DNA from: Eukaryota sp. GEM-RC1 | Taxonomy: Eukaryota | Length of the DNA: 64,000 nucleotides | Reading direction: 5' to 3' | Assembly: GCA_040285855.1 (NCBI GenBank) | Contig: JAUFOQ010000006.1 | Coordinates: 558,001-622,000, forward strand | Part shown: piece by piece, positions 1-11,256 of the stretch | Position numbering within the stretch: the first letter of the stretch is position 1 | Layout: each line of letters begins with the position of its first letter | Position numbers and translations under genes: made by a program | Notes under the pieces: model-generated | What the model was told of the DNA's origin: nothing | Databases searched by the model: none | Seen by the model: the letters and a program-made list of their open reading frames with translations, nothing else

Positions 1-286
1 CTTTAGTGAAGCCTGCTTCAAACGGTGATATTCCCATTACTACTTATGTAAAACGCAATCCACAACACAGGGCTCAAGCGAGTGATTAAAAAACAGTTCA
101 GTGCATCTTCATCATGTTGTGAAACAATAAAAATATTTAAATCATCGCAATTGTTTATTTTTGTATTGCAAATACGGCACTTATTATTTATTCTAGTGTA
201 CTAAAATACGGCAATTATTGATTTTGCTTTATTCAGAGTGCATTAATGTATTAAAATCATTTTTAAACAGCCCTGCTTCAAATATC

Positions 287-556
287 CTAAAAAAGCACCC
301 TCACGCAAATACCGAGCTTAGGAAAACCCAATTCCACCAATTTTAGAGCTGCAAATGAAGGACGATGAATGGAAAGCTTTTTCGACTCTACCAGCTCTGA
401 CAAAAACTCTGTACTCAAAGAGTTAAAACGACGACAAAGATCTACCGTGAGCTCAGGAGGTAACCCAAGTAAAAAATGATTGACTTTACCTGCAAAACAA
501 ACTTGCAAAGTGGCAAAGGATAATTGTTTACCTACATTCAAATTTAACACATTTCT
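287..556 (-). pseudogene. Non-LTR retrotransposon remnant (CRE-like, region C-terminal to the RT)
   Basis: Translation KQLSFATLQVCFAGKVNHFLLGLPP resembles the Q..F..L..C...K..H.LR..PP segment of CRE-clade elements; REL-domain remnants occur elsewhere in the window. Confidence 0.4.
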
Positions 557-817
557 CAACTTTTGATCAAGAGAATCAATTTTTTCTCCAGCATACTCAT
601 AATTTGAGAGCAATAACCAATAAAGTTTCCAAAAACTTGATACATACCGAAAATAGAAGTTAAAGATGAGACATACATAAATACTGTATAAGTTGTGGCA
701 TCATGTACCAGGGCTATCATACACAAGTACAGAACAACACCGACCAGAGAGACCATCATTTCGATGGCAATCAATTGTTGGTGAGATCAGGGGATGTTTC
801 CAATTTTTCCTTCCATC

Positions 818-1175
818 ATGCGTCTCCTTCTGGCTCTATTGTGTCTTCTTGTGGTCTCACAATGTGCCCTGTATTAAGTTCAGATACACAATCGTTCAAT
901 ATATCCCATGAACTACATAAAGTCAGGTACAACATGTAAATCAAACAAGCTTTAAATTTACAACAGGTTCCTGGGAAACGCGTCCCGATCAAACTATCCA
1001 AAGATTGAGGTATTCCAACGCAGCCAGTACAGGATCTTTTACTTCGATTACGTATATGGGTAATCAGAGGACGGCAGTGATCCGGTATGGGGATTATGGC
1101 ATCGCGTGTGATGGATGTGGTTGCACAATTGTCCCTGTGTCATCCACCTCTTTCAAGTTGTACTTATCTTGCTAA
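818..1175 (+). pseudogene. Small secreted Cys-containing protein, paralog of 42264..42619; one in-frame TAA; 31-nt intron 936..966
   Basis: MRLLLALLCLLVVSQCALY*VQIHNRSIYPMNY...CDGCGC...LYLSC aligns end to end with the paralog; GT..AG intron at the same position. Confidence 0.65.
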
Positions 1176-2097
1176 TTTCGTGTTCATACATTGTTCATTT
1201 TTTCTCATCTTACAAAGAGTGTTTCAACATGATTGGGAATGGTTGTGGACATAACCATCATTTAAATCTTTAAAAGACTCATATATGGTTAGCTACTCAA
1301 TTCAGTTTTTTAATCCAACAGAACCGTTTTAAACAGACTATTCTTTTCCAATGCGTTCTTGAAACAAGAAATGGACTTAGACCTGGACTGTTGCGCCAAA
1401 ATCAATTTTAGAAATGCCATGCCCGATGGTGTATGGATTCTGACCGGATTATACACTGGAACTAACAACTTTCTGAAGAGTTTGGTCAACACTTGCATTT
1501 TGTGAAAGACTTAACGTAGTTGTTCATTTGACGTATTCAGTAAATTGAATGATGCCAACAACTGAAAGAGCAAGGATCGTCAGTTGAAATGATATCTACA
1601 AAACTCAATTTTATGTGATGTTATTGTTGTGATATTTAGCATCACAAACACTACTAGTAGGAATGTTAATTAGTTCAGTTCACAAAAATGTTAACTGATC
1701 TGAATCAGTTCATATACTTCCATGAACTGAACTGTACCACACAAACAAATGTTCGTTCCGGTATTGTATTCTATCCGTCTTGATAACCATGTCATATATT
1801 GTTTGATCACATATAATTAGTTAGCCATTGATGTTTGGACATTCATCCAGAGTGTAATCAACAATGTAAGCAAACAAATGATTGGAACATATCTTTTCTT
1901 GGATTGGTACTAGTACGACATGAATCTCATTCTCGACTTGGTTTCCATATGTACTGATACGACTGTTCTGAAGACAGTAACAATATAAAGTGTTTTGTGA
2001 AACAGTTTCACATAAATGTGCGATACAAGTTTTGAAAAACAAGTATTTAGGACGTAAATGCAAATAACTGCATGTACAGTTAGAAAACTTTTGCTTA

Positions 2098-2169
2098 TCG
2101 GTCATATTATAGTGGTGAGTATCCACGCCTGTCACGCGGGAGGCCGGAGTTCGATTCCCCGTGACCGAG
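2098..2169 (+). tRNA. tRNA-Asp(GTC), with three stem mismatches
   Basis: 7-bp acceptor TCGGTCA/TGACCGA, D loop AGTGGTGA, anticodon loop CTGTCAC, T loop TTCGATT, downstream T-run Pol III terminator. Confidence 0.9.
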
Positions 2170-2789
2170 ATATATTTTTTGCATTCTTGGAAAACCATGT
2201 CATGAACATCATATAACATGATGATTTTTAAACAAACTGAAGCGTTTCTCCATCAAATTATGATCTGAATTGAGTCGTTTTACATCATACTTGGATATCA
2301 CACTTTTTGCAAACCAAAATGAAATATCTCCACTTGATTTCTCGGAACAATACAAGAGAAACAAATATGATGAACCACTGACTGCTCTTAAACATATTAG
2401 ACATGTTGAGTGCAAATTATGTCCTTTTGCATTTTCAATCTATGGTCGACTGGTCGACATGGTAAAGATGCTTCTTGTTTTCTCTCTCATTTTGAAAAAG
2501 TTGTCAAAAACAGAATGAACAAGAAGTTTGATTAGACGTTTTGGTTGAATCGTATTGTCTTTACAATATTTAATTCAATTCCTACTATGACTTCAAAAGC
2601 CCTGTTAGTTCTCAGTGTGTTATATGAAGAAACAGCTGATGTGAGTTTTAATGGCAATGAATGTTGCTTTAATGATATTGAGTTCTAGTTTTTGTAACTA
2701 CTAGTATGTTACTGTTTTTGCTCCATAAACCAAATTAATCAAACAAAGTGTGATACCCAAGTATGTACATGTTTTCAAAATGAACAAGA

Positions 2790-3799
2790 TTACCCATCTT
2801 TCGTCGTTGCTCCATGTTTGTCAACTGTTGCGTTCATCTCTTCTGGTTTAAATACCGGTAAATCTAATAGTCTGAAAATGTCATCTATTCGACTTGGAAC
2901 TCTCTTCTTTAGCTCTATTTTCGCATCGTGATCTAATGGTTCAATCCCATGATTACTCAGCGAATACCCTTTGTTTTTAGCCCATGAACGAATAGATATG
3001 TTGAATGTGACTGAGCCTAGTCTACCTAAAAGTTGAAATGGATACTCTTTCTCACTAGTAAACCAGACGTCAACCTGTCTAGCTGGATGATGTGGGTCCA
3101 ATTGTATCACCATATATGCAAGATCCTTGGATTCAGCAATCAAATCCAATAGCAGGCCCTTTTGTTTTAGTTGTTCCAACACAGCCTTCTTCACCTCTTG
3201 ATGAGCTTTACGATCACTTCTAGAGTTCATTTGGACAAGAATGTCCAAGTTTCCTGCCTCTTTGTATCCTCGTCTGAAACTACCAACAATCTCGACTGAT
3301 TTGACCTCGGCAGAATGTGCAAGGTACAATTCCCGTATCACTTCAAAGATCTGTTCTGCTTCATCTAAGGGAATACGTTTCTGCAAGTCCAAATGATGCT
3401 TCAATCCGATTTTTTGCATTGATGTCAGTTTTTCAAAATGTTCACTTTTTTCAAGTTGTCAATGGACTTTATCCCTTTGTTCCAGTATTCTTCTGCTGTT
3501 GTTGGTCCAAATCCCAATACATCAGAAAGTTCTTTAATAAATTTGGATTTAGGATCCATTACAGTTGTTCTCAAACTCCCCCTTTGCAGAATTTCTTTGA
3601 TCTTCTCCCGTGTTCTAACTCCAATGCCCTTCACGTCTTTGACATCATTTTCACTTTGGATCTCGAATGGAAGTGCTTTAATAATAGCAGCAGCTCGTCT
3701 GTTGGCTTGTGCTCTATATCTATCATGCTTAGCACTGCATATGGATGCCAGTTTGAACAACTCTGAAGAGATTAGAGTATTGTTTTCAAATTGCGACAT
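2790..3799 (-). CDS. DNA polymerase family X (Pol beta-like), split by a 1-nt indel in an A-run near 3445
   Basis: HhH motifs VKGIG and VLGFGP, VGSFRRG, palm NLD..RQVD, thumb GYSLSNHGI; ORFs 3425..3799 and 2790..3419 join if A6 becomes A7. Confidence 0.9.
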
Positions 3800-4149
3800 T
3801 GGAAAGCAAAAGGATTTCTCTTTTTGATTGATTAATGACTGTTGACGTCATTTTGTCTTTGAGAAGATCAGAACAATGAAGCTCCTTCGATGGTATTTCC
3901 AAGAACAACGTCTATTTTTGAACTACAAAGTATTCGAAATTGCTTTGTATCATCTCATTTCTTGATTGAGTGCCAACCAGGTCTAGGTTTGATGTATAAG
4001 CCAATGTGACGGTTTACAATTTATTAAATTGATCGAACTTCACTCAAACTCAAATCAAATTTAGACGAATTAATCAAGTAATACAGTAATAAAACTAATG
4101 AAAAAACTACAAAAATAATAACTTAGAAATTTTAATCATTAAGGTCATT

Positions 4150-5271
4150 CTAATGATTCATGTTCTTTTCATCAAGCAAAACTCCATTTAATTCATAGAT
4201 ATCCAAATGCAATGACTTCCGAATATCCATAAACATTTGAAGACCTTGTTTTTCAGGAGGACTTGGACAAATCATTAGAGCTAAGGGCATAGGTTCAGCA
4301 TCATCACGAAGAGGCGGTAGAAGATAAATCACATTCGATGGCAGCTTAAACAAACGGAAACCACATCTCTTGTAAAACCCAATTCTCCTAAGAGCCATAT
4401 CTTTCCCTGCTTCATCCTCCATATACTCAGGGAGCTCCACTTCCAGTACTAATGGATGACGAGTGTTTGTGTTTAGTACCTGCTTCAAGCATCTTAATAC
4501 TGCTTTACCAACACCACCGTTTCTGAATTGTTTAGATATAGCAAACAGTTCAACGAAATCATATTCTGGAGTTCTGAAAAAACTAATTAGACCAACTCGT
4601 TGCTTTTGTTTTGTATGTATCAGAAGCATGTAATAACAAGCTCTGTGTGATTTTGGTCCTTTCTTTATTAAATCCCAATGTACGTGTGGTTCTGGAAACT
4701 CTTCAGGTGGGAATGATGTCTGCAGTAATGAATGGGAGTAGTCCAACTCCGATCTATTAGAGACAACGGTGAAAAAGAGAGTGTTGGTGATACGTTGTGT
4801 CTTGTTATTGACTAGATTAAAGCCAGATCCAAAGAAAACGCTGGAATATAGTAGATTGAAAGTAATTGTCGTGTAAATGTCAATGATATCATCGTAGTTT
4901 TTAGGCAGTGGAAAGAAAGCGAAGTGACGGTAGACTGTTAGGGTGTCAATGGTTAGAGCTAGACAAGCAGATGTGCAGAGAGGGACAGACAGTACAAGAG
5001 GCGATGTGTGAGCGGAATTAAGACGAGCTTGAAGTGTCGATAAGAGGAATTTGAAGACAGCTTCAGAAAGAAAATTACCAGCCACAGCGTCCGACGTTGA
5101 GTGATTAGTAGTGAATTGAGAGATGTAAAACGCATTTTCAAGAGGAAGTATTGAGACATCAATGGAATCAATCGACCAATCTAGGTCTGGATTGAGTTCA
5201 ATAGTTTCAGTATAAGGAGATAGATGGTCAGGTATTGATCCATTTATGAAGGGGCAGTGGAATGAAGGCAT
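4150..5271 (-). CDS. GNAT-family N-acetyltransferase domain protein (copy 1)
   Basis: FAISKQFRNGGVG acetyl-CoA motif A, LVLEVE, RRIGFYKRCGF; ATG at 5271 matches the start of copy 2; the upstream ORF extension lies in a hAT end. Confidence 0.8.
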   Translation of the reverse strand: MPSFHCPFINGSIPDHLSPYTETIELNPDLDWSIDSIDVSILPLENAFYISQFTTNHSTSDAVAGNFLSEAVFKFLLSTLQARLNSAHTSPLVLSVPLCTSACLALTIDTLTVYRHFAFFPLPKNYDDIIDIYTTITFNLLYSSVFFGSGFNLVNNKTQRITNTLFFTVVSNRSELDYSHSLLQTSFPPEEFPEPHVHWDLIKKGPKSHRACYYMLLIHTKQKQRVGLISFFRTPEYDFVELFAISKQFRNGGVGKAVLRCLKQVLNTNTRHPLVLEVELPEYMEDEAGKDMALRRIGFYKRCGFRLFKLPSNVIYLLPPLRDDAEPMPLALMICPSPPEKQGLQMFMDIRKSLHLDIYELNGVLLDEKNMNH

Positions 5272-5291
5272 GAATCTAGATGACTGTTGAT

Positions 5292-6462
5292 TAGGGCTGT
5301 CAATTTCTCCCATTTCTCCCAACTCCCACCCAACTCCCATCTCCCATGACCCTTGGGAGTGGGAGTGGGAGCTTCAGTAGCAATTTTTGGGAGTGGGAGT
5401 GGGAGTGGGAGCTCTCCGTTGGGAGGTGGGAACTCCCAAAATCTCCCATCTCCCATTTACAGACACAACTCTAACTTCAATTTAAAACAGAAACAAGCTA
5501 GCTAGACAAATACAGTTATAATTTTTCTAGAATATTAATAGGACTAGGTTTATTACATTTTTACTGTCTTTGTTTTGTTTTATTTATTTTCGTTTTATAA
5601 AGAGCGTGGTTGTTTATCTGTAAATTTCAACCAATGTCATCGCTTGATTTATCTGAAGATCCTGAAAACTCTGGTCTGTTTAAACATCCTGATTTTATTG
5701 AATTTGTTTCCTCTCTTTCAGTTTCAAAATTCCAAAAAGAACCACGATAAGAAATGATATGTTGAATGTTTATGAGTCATTTAAAGGATACTTGATAGAT
5801 AAATTCAAAAATGTGTGTAATTCTTCTAAAGTATCTATTAGGATTGATAGATGGACATCGAATACAAACAAGCATTTTAATGGGGTAACAGTTCACTGTA
5901 TTGAAGACTGGAATTTAAACATTTACAATGTACGTCCACGGTTTTAAGCACCTGAAAGAAAACCACACTGCCATCAACATTGCCGATGCTGTGGAAGAAA
6001 TTATTACTGAATTTGGTTTAAAATACAAAATGTGTTGTGTTTCAACAGGTATTCACGACTATCCGCATACATTGTATGCTAAGAACTTTATGACAACACA
6101 AGCCTCATCAGTTCCAAGTGAACAGTTATTTTCTCAGGCAGGGTGTGTTGTTACGAAGTTACGAGCATCCTTGAGTAGTGATTCTATTGAAGCAGTCCTT
6201 TGTTTGAAATCATGGTTCAAAGGTCGGGAGATGAGAGAGTTGTTCATGAATCAGAGATAGAGTTAGTGATTGTTATGTTTATAAAGTAAAGTGTCATTGT
6301 ACTAGAAGATACAAAAATGGGAGTTGGGGGGGAGTTGGGAGAATTTGTTGGGAGTGGGAGTGGGAGTGGGAGTCTCACCTATGACAAGTGGGAGGTGGGA
6401 GTGGTAGTGGGAAAACACGTGTTGGGAGTGGGAGAAACTCCCATCTCCCATTAACAGCCCTA
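5292..6462 (+). mobile_element. Internally deleted hAT DNA transposon
   Basis: TIR TAGGGCTGT/ACAGCCCTA, perfect 8-bp TSD CTGTTGAT, subterminal GGGAGT repeats, transposase remnants (IDRWTS; ASSVPSEQLFSQAG...LCLKSW). Confidence 0.92.
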
Positions 6463-7038
6463 CTGTTGATGCGATCAAAAAGAGTTCCCTCATCAAAACT
6501 AGAATGTTTTTCCATGTTCCTCCACTCACCAACACTTCTCAACTCCATATTCACCTTGGTCATTTGCTTCGTCTTAGAATTCTTCATCATCAAATTCAGG
6601 GAATTCAACAGGTTGATACCCTCTCTCAACACTTGCTAACCAATTGCGACCATTGCTTACTCTGTTTCCCCGTCCTTGTTGCAATGATGTCAATTGTCAT
6701 CTTTATCTTCCCTGGTGGATTATCTTAGTTCTCAAGAAAGACGGTTTTTTGCTGTCTTCATCTGCATATGTCTGATCTGGTGGGCCAAGAAGATCTGATA
6801 GACAATGGTGTATATAAGAATTTATCATTGTATATCAGTACATATAGTTGTCTTTGGCATGTGACTCACATGCTGTGAGTATATGTTCCAGACGATCTCC
6901 TGTCTTCAATGTCAGTTCTCGAGCTGTTTCCCAATCTGCTACATGGATGATGGTCCAGAAGCTCAAGCATTAACAAATCTAAAAATTTAAAATATTCCAG
7001 ATTTTTAGTCAAACAACGTTCATTTAGTTAGAATCATT

Positions 7039-8159
7039 CTAATGATTCATGTTCTTTTCATCAAGCAAAACTCCATTTAATTCATAGATATCCAAATGCA
7101 ATGACTTCCGAATATCCATAAACATTTGAAGTCCTTGTTTTTCAGGAGGACTTGGGCAAATCATTAGAGCTAGGGGCATAGGTTCAGCATCATCACGAAG
7201 AGGCGGTAGAAGATAAATCACATTTGATGGCAGCTTAAACAAACGGAAGCCACATCTCTTGTAAAACCCAATTCTCCTAAGAGCCATATCTTTCCCCGCT
7301 TCATCCTCCATATACTCAGGGAGCTCCACTTCCAGTACTAATGGATGACGAGTGTTTGTGTTTAGTACCTGTTTCAAGCATCTTAAAACAGCTTTACCCA
7401 CACCACCGTTTCTGAATTGTTTAGATATAATAAAGAAATCAACGAAATCATATTCTGGAGTTCTGAAAAAACTTATAAGGCCAACTCGTTGTTGTTGTTT
7501 TGTATGTATCAAAAGCATGTAATAACAAGCTCTGTGTGATTTTGGTCCTTTCTTTATTAAATCCCAATGTACATGTTGTTCTGGATACTCATCCAAATGA
7601 AATGAAGATTCAAGTAATGAATATGAGTAGTCTAACTCCGATCTATTAGAGACAACGGTGAAAAGAGAGTGTTGGTGATACGTTGTGTCTTGTTGTTGAC
7701 TAGATTAAAGCCAGATCCAAAGAAAACGCTGGAATATAGTAGATTAAAAGTAATAGTGGTGTAAATGTCAATGATATCATCGTAGTTTTTAGGCAGTGGA
7801 AAGAACGCGAAGTGACGGTAGACTGTCAGTGTGTCAACGGTTAGAGCTAGACAAGCAGATGTGCAGAGAGGGACAGACAGTACAAGAGGCGATGTGTGAG
7901 CGGAATTAAGACGAGCTTGAAGTGTCGATAAGAGGAATTTGAAGACAGCTTCAGAAAGGAAATTACCAGCAACAGCATCCGAAGTTGAGTGATTAGTGGT
8001 GAATTGAGAAATGTAAAACGCATTTTCAAGAGGAAGTACTGAGGCATCAATGGAATCAATCGACCAATCTAGGTCTGGATTGAGTTCAATAGTTTCAGTA
8101 AAAGGAGATAGACGGTCAGGTATTGATCCATTTATGAAGGGGCAGTGGAATGAAGGCAT
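7039..8159 (-). CDS. GNAT-family N-acetyltransferase domain protein (copy 2), 1-nt indel near 7660
   Basis: Near-identical to 4150..5271; A4 versus A5 run explains the split into ORFs 7632..8159 and 7039..7596. Confidence 0.8.
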
Positions 8160-8169
8160 TCAATCACTA

Positions 8170-8310
8170 CAAAAAGTATTTAAGGAAATTCTTCAGTCTG
8201 TGAATTTCTCTTAAGATGAATTCCCCATAACGAATTATGGACATTCATCTACACTCACAGTGCACATGGGCTGTGGCGGTTCTATCCCTTGCGGGTCCGC
8301 CACTGTTTCT
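8170..8310 (-). ncRNA. Candidate Fanzor omega RNA scaffold overlapping the Fanzor stop codon
   Basis: Minus strand: GUGGCGG..CCC-GCAA-GGG..CCGCCAC (GNRA loop), AGAUGAAU..CCAUAA-UUCG-UUAUGG..AUUCAUCU (UUCG loop), UUAAG-GAAAUUC/GAAUUUC-CUUAA hairpin; position matches TnpB/Fanzor omega RNAs. Confidence 0.65.
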
Positions 8311-11256
8311 GTTATTGAATCTTCATTGTTGTTTGTACTCTTTGCTGCTCTCTTCCGTCTTTCTTCAGCTAACTTGTCAGAGAAACACATTGGTCGATCC
8401 TCACCAGCGAGAGTACACTCAACAATCTTTAGAATATTCAAACAGCTATTGAAGTCTCGATTCCAGAGTTTATGACATTTTTTACAACGCACTAAACCCC
8501 AACACTTGACTTCATCGGGCTCTTCCTGCCACAACAGCTTATCATCTTCGTCCGTCCAACTAGACCAATTCCTCAGCGCTAATAGGCGATTTGCCTTCTT
8601 GTCAACTCTTCGCTTCTTCTTCCGGAAGTTTGGATCCTTGACTTTAAGGAAGGTTTCCGTTTCCCCTTCGTCATTGTTGTTCTCAGAACATCCGTGGCAC
8701 TGAAGAGATGTCCTGAATTCGTTAACCAGAAGAACCTGATAGCCAGCTTTTTTGAACAACTTTCTCGATCCTTTCCCCATGGATGGAGGCTTGTATTTCC
8801 TATGCCTTGACTGACTCCAATCACCTATGGCCAACCACGTATTGGTTGGATCTCCGTAAACTTGACGGAATCGATGGAGCATTTTACGTTCACTTTTTTC
8901 CTTGTATACTGATTTCCAATAGCTCCATTTGCGCCATTTAGATTGATGGTACAGAGACTCCATTCTATTTGCATACTTGTAGAATTGTTGGACGTACGCT
9001 TTAAATTTTGAAAAATTTGTTGTTTTGGAAGTAAATTCTGAAAATTCTGTCTGAATCTGTTCAGCTGTCAGTTGTCTTCCTGAAATTTCGTTAAAAGAAT
9101 AGTTTTTGAAGGCTTGGTTCTGAAGTACATTGTATTTTTTTTGTTTTCCTTCGTGCCTTCGAGTTCCTTGAGTATATCTCATTTTTTTGAATTGATTTTT
9201 CTTTTGAAGTGGTCTCTTTTTACTTGATTTTTTGACCTCATTATTCTCTTTTTGGAACTGGGCTTTATGCCTTTTAATTTCTTTCAATCTCTTCTTTTCA
9301 TATGTTTTTGAGATTTTTGGGTCAAGTGGGGAGCACAATGCCCAGGATTATCAATTTCTTCCTGGGTTTTTCTTCCAACCAAGTACAGAATATCCCATTG
9401 GTTAGGGTCCCCCACCACGACTTTTTTTATTTTTTAAATCCTCTAATTTTTCAGGATGTAAATCTTCCACATACTCCTCTTTTTCCTCCGGAGACTTGGC
9501 AGAGTATGGTTTGAACAGTAGATCATTTCTGGTCATCATGAGACTGATTGATTCACCATTGGTAGTTATCTGGTGACCAAATGAATACATCTTTTTGAAG
9601 GTGTTCAAGTATTTGTGATCAAGATTCAAATACTGGCTCCAAATTTGATTTTTAAATAAATTAATGTTTTCGCTTAGATGTTTTCGATTATAACCTTGAA
9701 CTTGAGGTTTAAATAAATTAATCATAGCTAGCGTATCCAATCGAAGGTGATCAGGAATTAAGCTGGTGGATTGTGGAAACATGCGGTACATCTTTGGTGG
9801 AATCTCATTACAGGAAGGGTTATTCTCAATCAATTTGTTGAGAACGAAGGCCTCTGGTAAGAGCTCCAAAGGCTTTACCTTTAATTGGTATTTGAGTCCT
9901 TTAGAGTCTGGCTTAAAGTTTTTGACAAATGTAATGAAATTTTGATGTTCATCTGATGGATTTTGCCAGATCTCGGTAAAATCAATATCGGATCCTCTGC
10001 CTTCTAAAATTTCTTTAAGGATATTATTGGACAACTTTTGCAACTGGTCTTTTTCGACTTTTTTTAAGTGCATTGTTTTTAATAATTTTTAGTTGTCCAT
10101 TTAAATTAAAGAAGAGTTCCCATGTTTTTTCCAAATATTCAATAAAACGGGATGAAATATTATTTTGATACATTGTAACAATCTCAGTAGCTGTATAATT
10201 CAATGTACGAGACATATCAGAGTACATGACATTGGGAATTTCCATATCCACGGGGAGAAGAATTTGGATATAGAAGCATCCCAGTTGAATTTTCAAAGCA
10301 TTGTGCTTTTTGCCTGGAGTACTTTGAACAATCTCAGTTACCCATTTGAGAATTTCACTTCCATCAATATTTTCCTCATTTTTAAATCTTTGATGAGCTA
10401 ATGGAGACAAGTATCCAATAGTCCAGAGCAATTGTTGGACACTCTCTTTGGTCCATTCTACTGGATTCAATTCCTGATTATCAAAAGAGTTCATGCAAAA
10501 GCCTTGAAGTAGCAGCAATGCACGTTGTTTAATTCGGTGATGATTTATAGAAATTTCATTTACCAATATGTTGTTATCAGTCCACACAGATTTTAGGGTT
10601 ACTTTAACCGTTTTTTCACCCGGGCATCTTAGCAATTCTTGTGTTTCGACTTGAAGGAAATACACAAAAAGGCTTTGTAATTCAACAATATCGTTAAAAT
10701 GTTCACGTAAACATTTCAAGTTTTGTTCAGATGTGAAATCTGTAGAAACTGGTGTGGGAACTGAATAACTTTCATTTTTTAAAATGTTCTTTACAACAGT
10801 AACCCAATTCAAAGATTTTCCAGTTCTAGGTCTGTAATAATTTCTAATAACACGGCCCAAATCTATTAGCTGAATTTTTGAATTTTTGAATTGTTTTAAA
10901 AAATATTTGTAAAAGAGAGGACACTGAATATTTGAACAATTCTCTGATTTTAAATTAAATTCATCCAACGTAGAACTTGCATCATAACCAATTATCAGAC
11001 CACAGTCAGTTAAAACTAAATAATCATTAAACGCACTAATCATAGATTCCTCTTGATTAAACGCTTGAACATTCACTCTAGCATGCTCAGAATTAGGTGA
11101 CAGAACTGAATCGCAACTTTGTTGTGTAGTGAATATAATTGATTCTACAATTGAAATTACTTGGTCCTGGACCTGAACTGTTTGAGTGATTATTGATGTG
11201 ATTATTATTTTGTCTTTTTTCTTTTTTAGTTTCTTTAGTAGCTGCTGAAGCTTCAA
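8235..11256 (-). CDS. Fanzor1-type (eukaryotic TnpB/OMEGA) RNA-guided endonuclease, split by homopolymer indels
   Basis: RuvC-I VVVGDPN (D at 9407-9409, in a frame missed by the ORF track), LAIGDWS, RuvC-II LVNEFRTS, zinc finger CHGC...CKKC, RuvC-III WNRDFNSCLNI; upstream ITTNGESIS and YQNNI segments resemble Fanzor1 N-terminal regions. Confidence 0.88.

Noticed and set aside
5244..5456. Short ORFs with PTPTP/GVGVG low complexity (also 6302-6639)
   Set aside because: Translations of hAT subterminal GGGAGT repeats
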